Origin: an uncultured Bacteroidota bacterium
GTDB taxonomy: Bacteria > Bacteroidota > Bacteroidia > Chitinophagales > Chitinophagaceae
Length of the DNA: 64,000 nt
Assembly (NCBI GenBank): GCA_903912435.1
Contig: CAIWHI010000271.1
Coordinates: 23,327 to 87,326, forward strand
Direction: 5' to 3'
Numbering within the stretch: position 1 is the stretch's first letter; every line of letters starts with the position of its first letter. The translations under genes were made by a program, and so were the position numbers. Below, in pieces: positions 43,339-52,807 of the stretch. Under the pieces are notes generated by a model that saw only the letters and a program-made list of their open reading frames with translations, was not told the origin of the DNA and ran no database searches.

Positions 43339-45483
43339 TTAGAACTGACCAACAATTGTTGAGAACTGGACTCCTGTTCCAACTGCAACGAAGTTCAGGT
43401 TAATATAGTTGATAGAACGAGCTGGCTTAATGTAGATATCGCCAATAAACTGGTTCGAGTCAATTACCTGAGCTGTGTTATTTGTTGTGTCGCAAACTAC
43501 TAGGAAGTCAGTAATACCACGGCGTGACTGCACGTCTCTTAGATAAGGATTGATCAAGTTCCTGAACTGTGCTCTTGTGAACTCGTCATTGAACTCGAAT
43601 AGTGAGTACTTAGCTACTAGAGAGATAGCCTTCTCGAGAGTAATGAACAAGCGACGAACATTGATACGATCGAAAGCTGATGGCTTAGAAGTAAGCGTCT
43701 TATCACCATAAAGGATTGTGCCCTGTCCTGGGAACGTTACGATTGGATTGACGTTATTCTTATAAAGCAGATCACGATCTGTCTGATTAGGATTGTAGCG
43801 AAGCTTCACTACGTTCTTAATCTGCCCGCGGTTGAAACCGGCTGGTGACCACCATGAATCATTTGTAAGATCTGTACGAGCGCAAAGACCAGCTACATCG
43901 CCATTTGTTGGTACATAGCGATATAGATCGTTATACTTGTCATATGTGTACTTGTAACCACTATCCATTACTGCGTAAGTAGAGTCAACAACTACGCTTC
44001 TCCAGTTAACAATAGCTGTAGCTTCCTGACCAGAGTTTGACTTAACAATACCATCATCTGGTGTGATGAATACCACGCAGTCCTTACGAACTTCGGCAAT
44101 GTTCTGGATTAGGTAGTTAGCTAGCAGGTAGTTGTTAGCTGTTAGACCATTTGTTGTTGCAGTTGTAGAACCACCGATTGGCTTACCCTGAAGAAGAAGT
44201 GAAATATCAACAACTTCCTTTGAGTTGAATAAGTCATAACCGGCTGTAACTGTAGCAAGTGAAGCATTTGCCTCTGTGAAACCAGAATAAGCATCCTGAC
44301 CGTAATTGAAGTCAAGAGTCATTGTAGCTGTGTTGGTTGAAGCAGTTACCGCATTTGCAGTGTTGCTATAACCAGCATATCTTTCGCTAGCTGTCCAGAT
44401 ATACTTTGAACCCTGATTAATTACTGTCTTATAATAGTTTGAAGCGCCTGTTTCTAGCTTTGCATCAGTAGCTCTTGAAACATTTGTGAAGCGTTCTAAA
44501 ACTGTACCAGGAGCATTTGTGAACAAACCATCCTGATCGATAACTACCACGTGCATTGTATCGACTGCGGTATTATTACCATAAGCCGCCACATAAGGTG
44601 AGTTTATTGGAGGAGTAGTTACGACTGTAGAATACTGCCAATTACGCTGCAGTGGAACAGAAGTGGTGTTACCATTCTGTGTGTTATTAGCTACGAAAGT
44701 AGTTGCAAGCCTGTAAGGATCTGAGAAGTTGATGGTTACATTAGCAACAGAAGCAGCAAGTGGATTTAGGTTAACTGCTGTAATCTTTAGAATCTGTGTA
44801 CCAATAGAAGAGTTACCAACCTTAACTAGATCACCAACTGTGAATGAACCAGCTACGATAGAAGCGTAGTTGTTAGCATCCGCACCGGTTGAGTTCGATG
44901 TGAATAGGATTGTAGCTGTATTAGAACCAGTTGCTAAAGAGAAGCTAGGTGTAACATTTGCCTGTGTATTTGAGAAGTATAGCGCTACGTTTGAGCTATA
45001 AGCATTTACGCTATCACAAACTGAAATACGAAGTGAGTTACCAAGGTCACCAGGGAAACGAGTCACATAAACTACACTTGGATCGAATACGCCTGTTTGG
45101 CCATCCTTATTAGCATAGTAGTCGCTAGAGCTCTTAACAGCATTAAATACTGCATTTGTTGAACCACCGGCTAGTGCAGCGGTGTTCGCCACAGAGTTGT
45201 AAGCGCCATTTGCGGCATCTGTAGTATTAGCAGTACGAACTACATAAAGTGAGTTACCATATGTTAGGAATGAAGCTGCTGTGAAAAACGTTTCTGGATT
45301 TAAAGATGTTGGCTTACCAAAGATAGATACCAAAGTATTTTCGTTATTAACAAGTGTTCTCTCACCGACTGGGCCCCAGCGGAAGTAGCCTGCAATAGCT
45401 CCTGATGAAGTTGCAACAGCAGGAACTACCGTTGTTAAGTCGACTTCATTGATGCTAACGCCCGGGCTTAATAGATATGCCAT
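43339..45483 (-). CDS. 18: tail sheath gp18
   Basis: SPGVSINEVD, WWSPAGFNRG, FDRINVRRLF; TATAAATA at 45530. Confidence 0.96.
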   Translation of the reverse strand: MAYLLSPGVSINEVDLTTVVPAVATSSGAIAGYFRWGPVGERTLVNNENTLVSIFGKPTSLNPETFFTAASFLTYGNSLYVVRTANTTDAANGAYNSVANTAALAGGSTNAVFNAVKSSSDYYANKDGQTGVFDPSVVYVTRFPGDLGNSLRISVCDSVNAYSSNVALYFSNTQANVTPSFSLATGSNTATILFTSNSTGADANNYASIVAGSFTVGDLVKVGNSSIGTQILKITAVNLNPLAASVANVTINFSDPYRLATTFVANNTQNGNTTSVPLQRNWQYSTVVTTPPINSPYVAAYGNNTAVDTMHVVVIDQDGLFTNAPGTVLERFTNVSRATDAKLETGASNYYKTVINQGSKYIWTASERYAGYSNTANAVTASTNTATMTLDFNYGQDAYSGFTEANASLATVTAGYDLFNSKEVVDISLLLQGKPIGGSTTATTNGLTANNYLLANYLIQNIAEVRKDCVVFITPDDGIVKSNSGQEATAIVNWRSVVVDSTYAVMDSGYKYTYDKYNDLYRYVPTNGDVAGLCARTDLTNDSWWSPAGFNRGQIKNVVKLRYNPNQTDRDLLYKNNVNPIVTFPGQGTILYGDKTLTSKPSAFDRINVRRLFITLEKAISLVAKYSLFEFNDEFTRAQFRNLINPYLRDVQSRRGITDFLVVCDTTNNTAQVIDSNQFIGDIYIKPARSINYINLNFVAVGTGVQFSTIVGQF

Positions 45484-45532
45484 AAGGTGTCTCCTTTATA
45501 AAGATGTGAATCAGGTCTTTTTCTTCAATTAT

Positions 45533-47287
45533 TTATAAAAAGCCAGATTCAGGATCTTGCATCCAATGCCTATTGGGAAGATCGATAATTTCTTCAACAG
45601 GAAAACCATCGTCAACAAAACCAAAAGGAGTGAGGGCTTCAGCGATCTCTTCGTCGGTCTTTTCTCTCAATCTCATCATGGTATTTATGTTAGTATAGTC
45701 TTTGAAGTAAGCTTGATCGGATAGCCAACCGAACAACACCAAACCCATGACCATATCATCGTGGTTACCAGGTTCGGCTTCATAGCTAGTTCCTTTTTTA
45801 GAGAAAGTAGCAAGCTCTTGGATAGTATAGAAGTCATTGATAATAAGTTGATTTTGCTCGATCATTAGTTTCAAGATGGAACAACCAGTGGCTTTAACAA
45901 TCTTAGTGGTATTAATACCCTTATCTACATTAGATCCAAAGCCAGAAGTGATCCTTTTGCCCATCCTGCCGGCTGATTCTGTAAAAAGCATATTGTCGTA
46001 TTCAAAGTCTAAGTGAAGCGCTTCGGCTACTTGCACTCCCATGTTATTGACTTCAACTAAGATAGAAGCTCCATTGTAAGACTTAGCGACCCTATGAGCT
46101 ACTTCTGCGTAGTCAAGCGGCGCTATCAGATTGTTTCTATAAGCACATACCTGCACATAGGGCATCACAGTAACATCTATGACAGAGAAGGCCGAGTAGT
46201 CTAAACCTCGCCCCTTGGAACTATCTACTATCATAACATAAGATCTTGTTTTATCCGGAGCTACGAACATGATCAAACCTTCATGCTCATAGATCGGTGA
46301 CTTACTAACAAGTTCCTTTAGTTTCCAACCGGCAATAAGTGTACCAGAAGAACCCATGAACTCAACTTCATATTCCTGCGCAAACTTCTCGGTATCGAAG
46401 TTCATTGCGGCAAGAGTATCACGTCTCCAGTTATCATCTCGACCAGGAACGTCATTCCAAGATACACGTATCGGATTGTAACCGTTATTTTCCTCACCTT
46501 CTTTATGAGCATTTGCCCATAACTTATAGAAGTGATTCAAACCATTTGGAGTAGAAACGAGGACGATCTTGGTTTCTGTACCAGAAGAAATAGTAGGGTA
46601 AACTGAGGTAAAGAATGTATCCCAATTTTCTACGAACGCGGCTTCGTCCATGAATAGAAGGTTAATAGAATAACCACGAATAGCATCAGATGAAGTGGCG
46701 GCCGCAATAACTCGAGAGTTATTTTCTAGAACAAATGAACCTTTATTCCACTCAATAACACCTTGTTGCAACCATTTTGGAAGATGCTGATAAGCTAGCT
46801 GCACACGACCAAGAATTTCTCGAGCAGTTTCGCCCTTATTGGCCAATAGACCTACAACTTTGGTCTCATTAAACAAAATATAATGGAGAATGAATGTGAC
46901 CACAGATGTAGTATTATGTGAAAGAATATCACCAGTCCACAAACGGTGATCATCACTACACACAGTTATATCAAACATGTTTTCTTTTTTTATCAAAAGT
47001 TGTTCGACCGATTTTACCTTTGATGGTCCTAAGCGTGTCATTATCAAAGTTGAATCTGGGACGCAATCTTTTACAAAAATTTCATTAAAATTCTGATCGA
47101 ATACTATGTGAGTATCCGCGCATAGTATTTTAGCACCATTTTCTGTTACAATTTCCCACACTTCGTATTCGATGGTTTTATGAATGGAAGAAATTGGTTG
47201 CCAATCGGAGTCTGTATCAATTTCCCAATCATCAACATCAAATGATTCTATAAATTTTCTTTCTACTTGGTCAGAAAGTTTAAACAT
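45533..47287 (-). CDS. 17: terminase large subunit gp17, C-terminal part preceded by C-intein
   Basis: ..ILSHN|TTSVVTF, MDEAAF, STPNGLNHF, GLDYSAF, HDDMV. Confidence 0.93.
   Translation of the reverse strand: MFKLSDQVERKFIESFDVDDWEIDTDSDWQPISSIHKTIEYEVWEIVTENGAKILCADTHIVFDQNFNEIFVKDCVPDSTLIMTRLGPSKVKSVEQLLIKKENMFDITVCSDDHRLWTGDILSHNTTSVVTFILHYILFNETKVVGLLANKGETAREILGRVQLAYQHLPKWLQQGVIEWNKGSFVLENNSRVIAAATSSDAIRGYSINLLFMDEAAFVENWDTFFTSVYPTISSGTETKIVLVSTPNGLNHFYKLWANAHKEGEENNGYNPIRVSWNDVPGRDDNWRRDTLAAMNFDTEKFAQEYEVEFMGSSGTLIAGWKLKELVSKSPIYEHEGLIMFVAPDKTRSYVMIVDSSKGRGLDYSAFSVIDVTVMPYVQVCAYRNNLIAPLDYAEVAHRVAKSYNGASILVEVNNMGVQVAEALHLDFEYDNMLFTESAGRMGKRITSGFGSNVDKGINTTKIVKATGCSILKLMIEQNQLIINDFYTIQELATFSKKGTSYEAEPGNHDDMVMGLVLFGWLSDQAYFKDYTNINTMMRLREKTDEEIAEALTPFGFVDDGFPVEEIIDLPNRHWMQDPESGFL
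46913..47287 (-). mobile_element. split intein C-fragment (125 aa)
   Basis: MFKLS..LCADTH..MFDITV..ILSHN. Confidence 0.9.
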
Positions 47288-48237
47288 TTTTCTACAATTT
47301 CCTCTGGTTGTTTTTTATAATCATTTTCATTTATGTGTAATATTTTATAACCACCTTTTTCTAAAATATTTTCACGAATTTCTTCTCTTGTTTTGTTACC
47401 TCTTCCGGTCACACCATGCCAATAAACACCATCGAATTCTATTATCTTTTTCTGAGAATTGTCTAGAAAATCAGGCAATATCAATTTTTCGAAGACAGTC
47501 CTGTATTCATGATTTTTACCAGTGATATCTTTTTCTTTATTATCATCCAGTTCTGCGAAATATATATTTTCTAGACTAGGCAATTTTTCAGATATTTCCC
47601 AAAACAGCTTCTGAGATATTTTCGAAAAATTTGTTTTTTTGAAATTTGTATTCCATTTTTCCTGTCGTGCCAACCATCTTTTATGCCCTTCTTTTTCACC
47701 AAATTTTTCAATGCATATATCCAATGAAAAAGTCCTTTGTCTTTTGGCTAATTCTTTTTCGGCATTTTCATAAGAATAATTTTTATCCAAATAATATTCT
47801 ATTTTTGTTGGGTCATTTTGGGGGTTGCTTTTTCTTGTTTTTTTGGCTGTCATTATGACAGAATTTCTTTTTTCTTCTTCGTGATATTTGAATTTTTTCG
47901 AAAATGGTGATAGTTTGCCATTATGATTATATCCTGGATTTTTTTCCCCACATACCAAACTACTCATTTTTTCTTTATATATTTCACATGCAGTTGGTTT
48001 ATTATAGTTGGTGCGGTATTCATCAGTGGTCATGTTATGTGAAATAAGATGACCTGATAAAGCGGCTGCATGGAATCCACAGATAGCACAGATCACATAA
48101 TCCACTCGCTCATTCATACCAATATATTTTTCTTTGCTTTTTTTAATATTGTTCCATATATCTCGACAAGGAATTGAGCACCAAAAATTATTTTTACGTT
48201 TTTGATTGAATTGTTTGTCGCATTGATTGCATTTCAT
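47263..48237 (-). CDS. free-standing Zn-finger plus Vsr/DUF559-like endonuclease
   Basis: CNQC..WCSIPC, CAICG..H..H, PDF..IIEFDGVYWHG..GYKILHI; TATAAATA at 48301-48308. Confidence 0.85.
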   Translation of the reverse strand: MKCNQCDKQFNQKRKNNFWCSIPCRDIWNNIKKSKEKYIGMNERVDYVICAICGFHAAALSGHLISHNMTTDEYRTNYNKPTACEIYKEKMSSLVCGEKNPGYNHNGKLSPFSKKFKYHEEEKRNSVIMTAKKTRKSNPQNDPTKIEYYLDKNYSYENAEKELAKRQRTFSLDICIEKFGEKEGHKRWLARQEKWNTNFKKTNFSKISQKLFWEISEKLPSLENIYFAELDDNKEKDITGKNHEYRTVFEKLILPDFLDNSQKKIIEFDGVYWHGVTGRGNKTREEIRENILEKGGYKILHINENDYKKQPEEIVEKCLNFLTK

Positions 48238-48580
48238 AGAACTCTCCTATCGTAGTTTCTAAAATTTGACCAGTTTTTTTATTTCTGATCCGTATAGGAG
48301 TATTTATACAAAAACATTTACCTGCTTGTCGAGCTGTAGCAATGATCGTATTTCTCTGCTCATGCATCGACTTGATCATTTTACGTTGGTAAAGATATGG
48401 CTTAAAATTTATTAAACCATCATTAACGTTAATGATTTTTACATAGTTTTCAGCAAAATAGATTGGGTCAGCAGCGCATCTTGCGTATTCTTTGACCATT
48501 TCCGGAGTCCAATTGACCTGAACTCCGGATCTTTTTAGATTAGGGTTACCATTGTAACTCTTATAATTGGTTATTTCCAT
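48194..48580 (-). CDS. 17: terminase large subunit gp17, N-terminal part with N-intein
   Basis: YNGNPNLK..DPIYFAENYVKI..ARQAGK|CFCINT. Confidence 0.93.
   Translation of the reverse strand: MEITNYKSYNGNPNLKRSGVQVNWTPEMVKEYARCAADPIYFAENYVKIINVNDGLINFKPYLYQRKMIKSMHEQRNTIIATARQAGKCFCINTPIRIRNKKTGQILETTIGEFYEMQSMRQTIQSKT
48197..48316 (-). mobile_element. split intein N-fragment (40 aa)
   Basis: CFCINTPIRIRNKKTGQILETTIGEFYE.. followed by stop. Confidence 0.88.
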
Positions 48581-48995
48581 TGTCACGAATTTCTTTCAAA
48601 GCTTTTTGTAGTTCAGCCGTAGATCCGACGAACAGGTTATTTGTTACACTTTTGGCTGCTTCATCTCTAGGAGCATCAGCTTTATCGAGTTCCCTGATCT
48701 TCTTTTGAATATCTAGAAGCTCCCTATTAGCCGCAACCATGGTATCCATGAGCTTGGCCAGCACTTCATAAGCACGTGGATTTTGTGATTGATCGGCAAG
48801 TATAGCTAATTTTGTTAAAGCTTCATTACCGTTTTCTACTACTTCTCTGATATTAGAACGCGCGAAAGCGAAGTCTTCCGAAGCAGAATCATTTTTTGCG
48901 AGAGAAACTATATTCGAAATAGTAGTCTCGTATTGCGTTATCATTGGTGTGTTGATCCCTAAAGCCTTATCAATGGGATCTTCATCTTCTTCCAT
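48561..48995 (-). CDS. 16: terminase small subunit gp16
   Basis: DFAFAR..PRAYEVL..NNLFVGSTAELQK. Confidence 0.93.
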   Translation of the reverse strand: MEEDEDPIDKALGINTPMITQYETTISNIVSLAKNDSASEDFAFARSNIREVVENGNEALTKLAILADQSQNPRAYEVLAKLMDTMVAANRELLDIQKKIRELDKADAPRDEAAKSVTNNLFVGSTAELQKALKEIRDNGNNQL

Positions 48996-48996
48996 T

Positions 48997-49824
48997 TTAG
49001 TATTCCGTCAGATTTGTTACATATCCAAATGAATCATTAGCTGTGATATTCGCTACTGGTATCGAAAGAGATGCGTTAGATGTTGGTGAACCATTGGCCA
49101 ATAAGCCTGGTTGCACTTCTATGTTTATGATCTTAGGTGTAACGCCGACTGCTTCAGGAAGCTGACCGGTTGGTACTTTGGGATCATACAAATTAGTATT
49201 TACAAATTTAATGATTTTCTGAGTTTTGATCGGACCGTAGATGTACCCCTTTAGAGTAAAATCTAGTACCCAGATCAGCGCCTGCCTATCTTTAAACTCA
49301 CCATCATAAGAGTCTTCGAGTGTTACTCTGTTTAAAATGATGGGAACATCCATGCTAATATTCATTTCAGGAATAAGCTGGGCAGTCACAGTCCAATCAG
49401 GCGTGAAATAAGGTAAGATTTGCTCAACAATCTTTGAACCATCTTCAGCATTCTTGACATAAATGTGAAGGACAAAACCAATATTATATGGAACTGGATT
49501 GTACTGGAAATTCGAATTAGAGTTATTAGCACCCTGAACCGTAGTCTTTCCTACTGTAGGAAGCTTTCTAGTACCATCATAGTCGAAATTGGTCATTTCA
49601 AATGACATGATGGGAAGCTGAATAGCAGCTGAACGATCAATATTTGGATCTTGTATGACACGAGCCAGCATCTTTTCTTTAGACCCATAAGTGATGGGTA
49701 CATGCATGACTTGAGTTGTCTTACCGGTAGAATTAGTCCTTGTTATATGAATATCATTGAACAATGAACCAAATAAGGTTACATACTTCCTGATAGTTGA
49801 GTAATAAAAGGTTGAGCCAAACAT
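48997..49824 (-). CDS. 15: tail sheath stabilizer gp15
   Basis: FGSLFNDI, VPITYG, LPIMSFE, EQILPYFTP. Confidence 0.94.
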   Translation of the reverse strand: MFGSTFYYSTIRKYVTLFGSLFNDIHITRTNSTGKTTQVMHVPITYGSKEKMLARVIQDPNIDRSAAIQLPIMSFEMTNFDYDGTRKLPTVGKTTVQGANNSNSNFQYNPVPYNIGFVLHIYVKNAEDGSKIVEQILPYFTPDWTVTAQLIPEMNISMDVPIILNRVTLEDSYDGEFKDRQALIWVLDFTLKGYIYGPIKTQKIIKFVNTNLYDPKVPTGQLPEAVGVTPKIINIEVQPGLLANGSPTSNASLSIPVANITANDSFGYVTNLTEY

Positions 49825-50567
49825 TATAGATCATTCTCCGCAAATGGATTCTGCTGAGAGAAGTCAATGAAACTACTTGACCCAGACGGGAAGTTATTTG
49901 AACCAGTAATAAGCGTATTATTTACAGCTGATGGATCTATCTTTTCGATATTCCAAGCATCTGTTACCAAGTAGTTATCATCTTCATCAGTTAGATAGTT
50001 AGCTAACTCGTCCATTAATGAATAGTCTAGGACATTGGTAGAAAGCTGCACTTCTGCTCTATCTATTTCAGCAATACCAGTGTTAATAATTTCATTGCTG
50101 TATTCAAATAGCTCACATGTCATTTCCCAAGTCTGCAGAGATCCAAGTTGATAGAACATCTCAAACTTGTTAACATATTTAATTTGGAAACACTTTTTAT
50201 TGAGTGGGAAGTAGATTAGATCTCCTTCATTTGGTCGTGGTGCACCAGTGTAAACACCAATTTCTTGATTGAATACTCGCTGTGCTGCAGAGAATACAAC
50301 CTGATCTCTAATTTCTACTCCAAACTTAGACATAAAGTTACCATCGCCAGAGAAACCATCGACTGACTTGATATACATTTCTATTAGATAAGTTTGATCA
50401 TAAACTGACTGATCATCTGCCGTATAGAGTTTATCGAAATTACCGATTTTCCTTGGGATATAATACATATCCTCACCATAGATTTGAATGGCTTCGATAA
50501 TAAGATCCTCTAAAAGGTCTTGTTCACCAGTAGACTGGGAGTTATTGAAGTGGAAATTGGTCGCCAT
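49824..50567 (-). CDS. 14: neck protein gp14
   Basis: YYIPR, SKFGVEIRD, RPNEGDLIYFP, CELFEYS. Confidence 0.94.
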   Translation of the reverse strand: MATNFHFNNSQSTGEQDLLEDLIIEAIQIYGEDMYYIPRKIGNFDKLYTADDQSVYDQTYLIEMYIKSVDGFSGDGNFMSKFGVEIRDQVVFSAAQRVFNQEIGVYTGAPRPNEGDLIYFPLNKKCFQIKYVNKFEMFYQLGSLQTWEMTCELFEYSNEIINTGIAEIDRAEVQLSTNVLDYSLMDELANYLTDEDDNYLVTDAWNIEKIDPSAVNNTLITGSNNFPSGSSSFIDFSQQNPFAENDL

Positions 50568-50570
50568 TTA

Positions 50571-51137
50571 TTAAGCTTTCTTCATTACCAAAGCCATTCT
50601 ACCGATTTTCTTTTCGGCTGGATCTTTAGTTGTAGTGTGTGCATGTATCTTATCACCTGACTTGATTTCTGTCTTAGTACCATCAGGATGTTCACCATGG
50701 ATCTTGACATCAGGATTATCACGCATGCGATTCCACACTTTAACCGCACCGCCGGAATGGCTTGTACCAACCAAAGTCCTATTATGTTTTGTTACCAAAG
50801 CATGATAGACATCGGTCATTTTAACCGGCGAATCTTTTCTAGAATGCGCAGTTAAGTACTTCAATCTAGTACTACCATCATGATCTTTGGTTGTTTCAGT
50901 ATTAGTTAGGACGTGATGAATTTTCTTATCGTGTGGATTCCAAGTATAATGGGTCATTCCACCACCTGGATTATGTGAAGCATATAAATGCATTCCACCA
51001 ACTTCACCTATCTTCTCAGCACCTTTTCTGAATTTGTGTGGTTCAGAAACGGTAGAATGACCCGATACTTCAGGAGATCTAACTTCAGCTTTATCTGCTT
51101 GCCAAGCTTCCTTTAAAAAGGACTTAAATGATAACAT
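50571..51137 (-). CDS. putative head-internal protein
   Basis: N-terminal MLSFKSFLKE resembles the T4 capsid-targeting sequence. Confidence 0.55.
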   Translation of the reverse strand: MLSFKSFLKEAWQADKAEVRSPEVSGHSTVSEPHKFRKGAEKIGEVGGMHLYASHNPGGGMTHYTWNPHDKKIHHVLTNTETTKDHDGSTRLKYLTAHSRKDSPVKMTDVYHALVTKHNRTLVGTSHSGGAVKVWNRMRDNPDVKIHGEHPDGTKTEIKSGDKIHAHTTTKDPAEKKIGRMALVMKKA

Positions 51138-51141
51138 AATT

Positions 51142-52155
51142 TTAACCAATCATATCTGTAATAGGCAATGAATAGCTGTAGATCATTTCTGTTTCGAGTT
51201 CTTTACGCTCTTCTGTTGCTTCATTGTAGATTTGCTGGCCATTAAAGGTGATTCCACCTGGCAATTGCATACCACTAAACTTCTTTAGATTAGAACCCCA
51301 TTGCTGCTTAATTAAGCATGTCGCATATCTTTGAAGCCAGCGATCATTCCATACCATAGTATAAACATTTGGATCTACTATCTGATAAGCTTCTAAGATG
51401 ATGAAGTCGCCTGGATTAATGATGTTCCAGTCCATATCAACATAGCATCTATTTTTATGACGATTATATCGAAGTGGCTGTTGGCCAACCAAAAGCTGCT
51501 CTAGGAACTGAACATGCTGCATGGCCATATAATATGGAACCATTGACACAGAAGTAAGAGTGTAGAGGTCATTTAACGCGATTTGATAGCGAATATTGAA
51601 CAAGTTGTTGGTATTAAGAGATTGACCAACCGGGAACATGTTGACTACACCGATGATGTTGTCTGGTAGCTTGATATATCCACCCTTAAGCGGGTTTAAC
51701 ACTGCTCCGGAACCAGTAGATGTGCTAATAGTGTAAGCTGGATCGGCAAAATAACCACTGGTTCCTGTACCACCTACAATGACATTTGTATAGAGGTTGG
51801 CTGTAGGAACATTAATAATAGTACCATAATTATCGGTTACCACCTGAATATTAAATGTCTGCCCGCCAGTATATTGTGGTTGCTGAAAGATAGAAACTGT
51901 ATCATTATTTGAATAACCTACACCACCACTTACTATCATGACTTCTGATAGATTGGTCGGTAAGTTATTAACACTTACTTGATGCTTATAATAGCTTTTA
52001 TCAGAACCATCAAAGTGATAATCCCAGAAGTATAGCAGTGCTTCATCGACACGATCATCCACTTGATCGGGATCGACGTTAATGTTAAGAACCGGCTTAC
52101 CCAATCTCCTTAGGCAATACTCTTTAAAATCTGTTCTTGAAAGAGGGGTGGCCAT
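51142..52155 (-). CDS. 13: neck protein gp13 with internal insertion
   Basis: YCLRRLGKPV..YHFDG..KQQWGSNLKKF..LPGG. Confidence 0.93.
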   Translation of the reverse strand: MATPLSRTDFKEYCLRRLGKPVLNINVDPDQVDDRVDEALLYFWDYHFDGSDKSYYKHQVSVNNLPTNLSEVMIVSGGVGYSNNDTVSIFQQPQYTGGQTFNIQVVTDNYGTIINVPTANLYTNVIVGGTGTSGYFADPAYTISTSTGSGAVLNPLKGGYIKLPDNIIGVVNMFPVGQSLNTNNLFNIRYQIALNDLYTLTSVSMVPYYMAMQHVQFLEQLLVGQQPLRYNRHKNRCYVDMDWNIINPGDFIILEAYQIVDPNVYTMVWNDRWLQRYATCLIKQQWGSNLKKFSGMQLPGGITFNGQQIYNEATEERKELETEMIYSYSLPITDMIG

Positions 52156-52168
52156 CTTTTAGTTCCTA

Positions 52169-52507
52169 TTAAACGAAATTCGGTGTTAACGTTACAAATT
52201 GAGGTGCTCTTTTACTAGAAATAGAATCTGCCAAGATCTTTTGTTGCGCTGTGATATCTACAGCAGATTCTAACCAAGACACTATCTGTTTTTTGGTTAG
52301 GTCTGTATATGGGATAAATGCTTTTGGATCGGGTGGTTCGAATCCAACAGCACCATATACGAAGTCAGTTAAGCCATCCGATGAAGTGGCGGTATATCTC
52401 CAATGAATAGTCTTAATGATATTTTCTAATTCACCATCTTTGACTTGAGCATCTACCGCAATGATAGTCCATTCATAATCGATTGTCAGTGTGGTTGTTT
52501 CGGACAT
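52169..52507 (-). CDS. hypothetical tail-fibre-associated protein
   Basis: IHWRY..FIPYTDLTKKQIVSW; TATAAATA at 52529. Confidence 0.7.
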   Translation of the reverse strand: MSETTTLTIDYEWTIIAVDAQVKDGELENIIKTIHWRYTATSSDGLTDFVYGAVGFEPPDPKAFIPYTDLTKKQIVSWLESAVDITAQQKILADSISSKRAPQFVTLTPNFV

Positions 52508-52538
52508 GATGTTTTTCCTTTATTACAATATTTATAGA

Positions 52539-52805
52539 TTAACCGCCACCGCCGGGGCCATCGCCAGCACCATATGTTCCTGAACCAGAACCGGTTCCAC
52601 CAGTTGGATCTGTTTGATACCCATAAAGAAAAAATCCAATACCAAGATTTGTGCTTGGGGCGATATATTGCTTACCATTGCTATCATATATTGCAGCACC
52701 ACGCATAGCGCCTAAACTAATTTGCCCGCTTCCACCAACATATGAAGTATATGGACCATTTGTTGTTCCGCCATTACGTAAATCCAAAAAACTAATTTGT
52801 GTCAT
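52539..52805 (-). CDS. small Gly-rich protein
   Basis: ORF coupled downstream of fibre gene. Confidence 0.55.
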   Translation of the reverse strand: MTQISFLDLRNGGTTNGPYTSYVGGSGQISLGAMRGAAIYDSNGKQYIAPSTNLGIGFFLYGYQTDPTGGTGSGSGTYGAGDGPGGGG

Positions 52806-52807
52806 TT

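Noticed and set aside
47263-48316. Terminase as a frameshifted pseudogene
   Set aside because: Clean intein termini, separate starts and an intact intervening endonuclease fit a split intein
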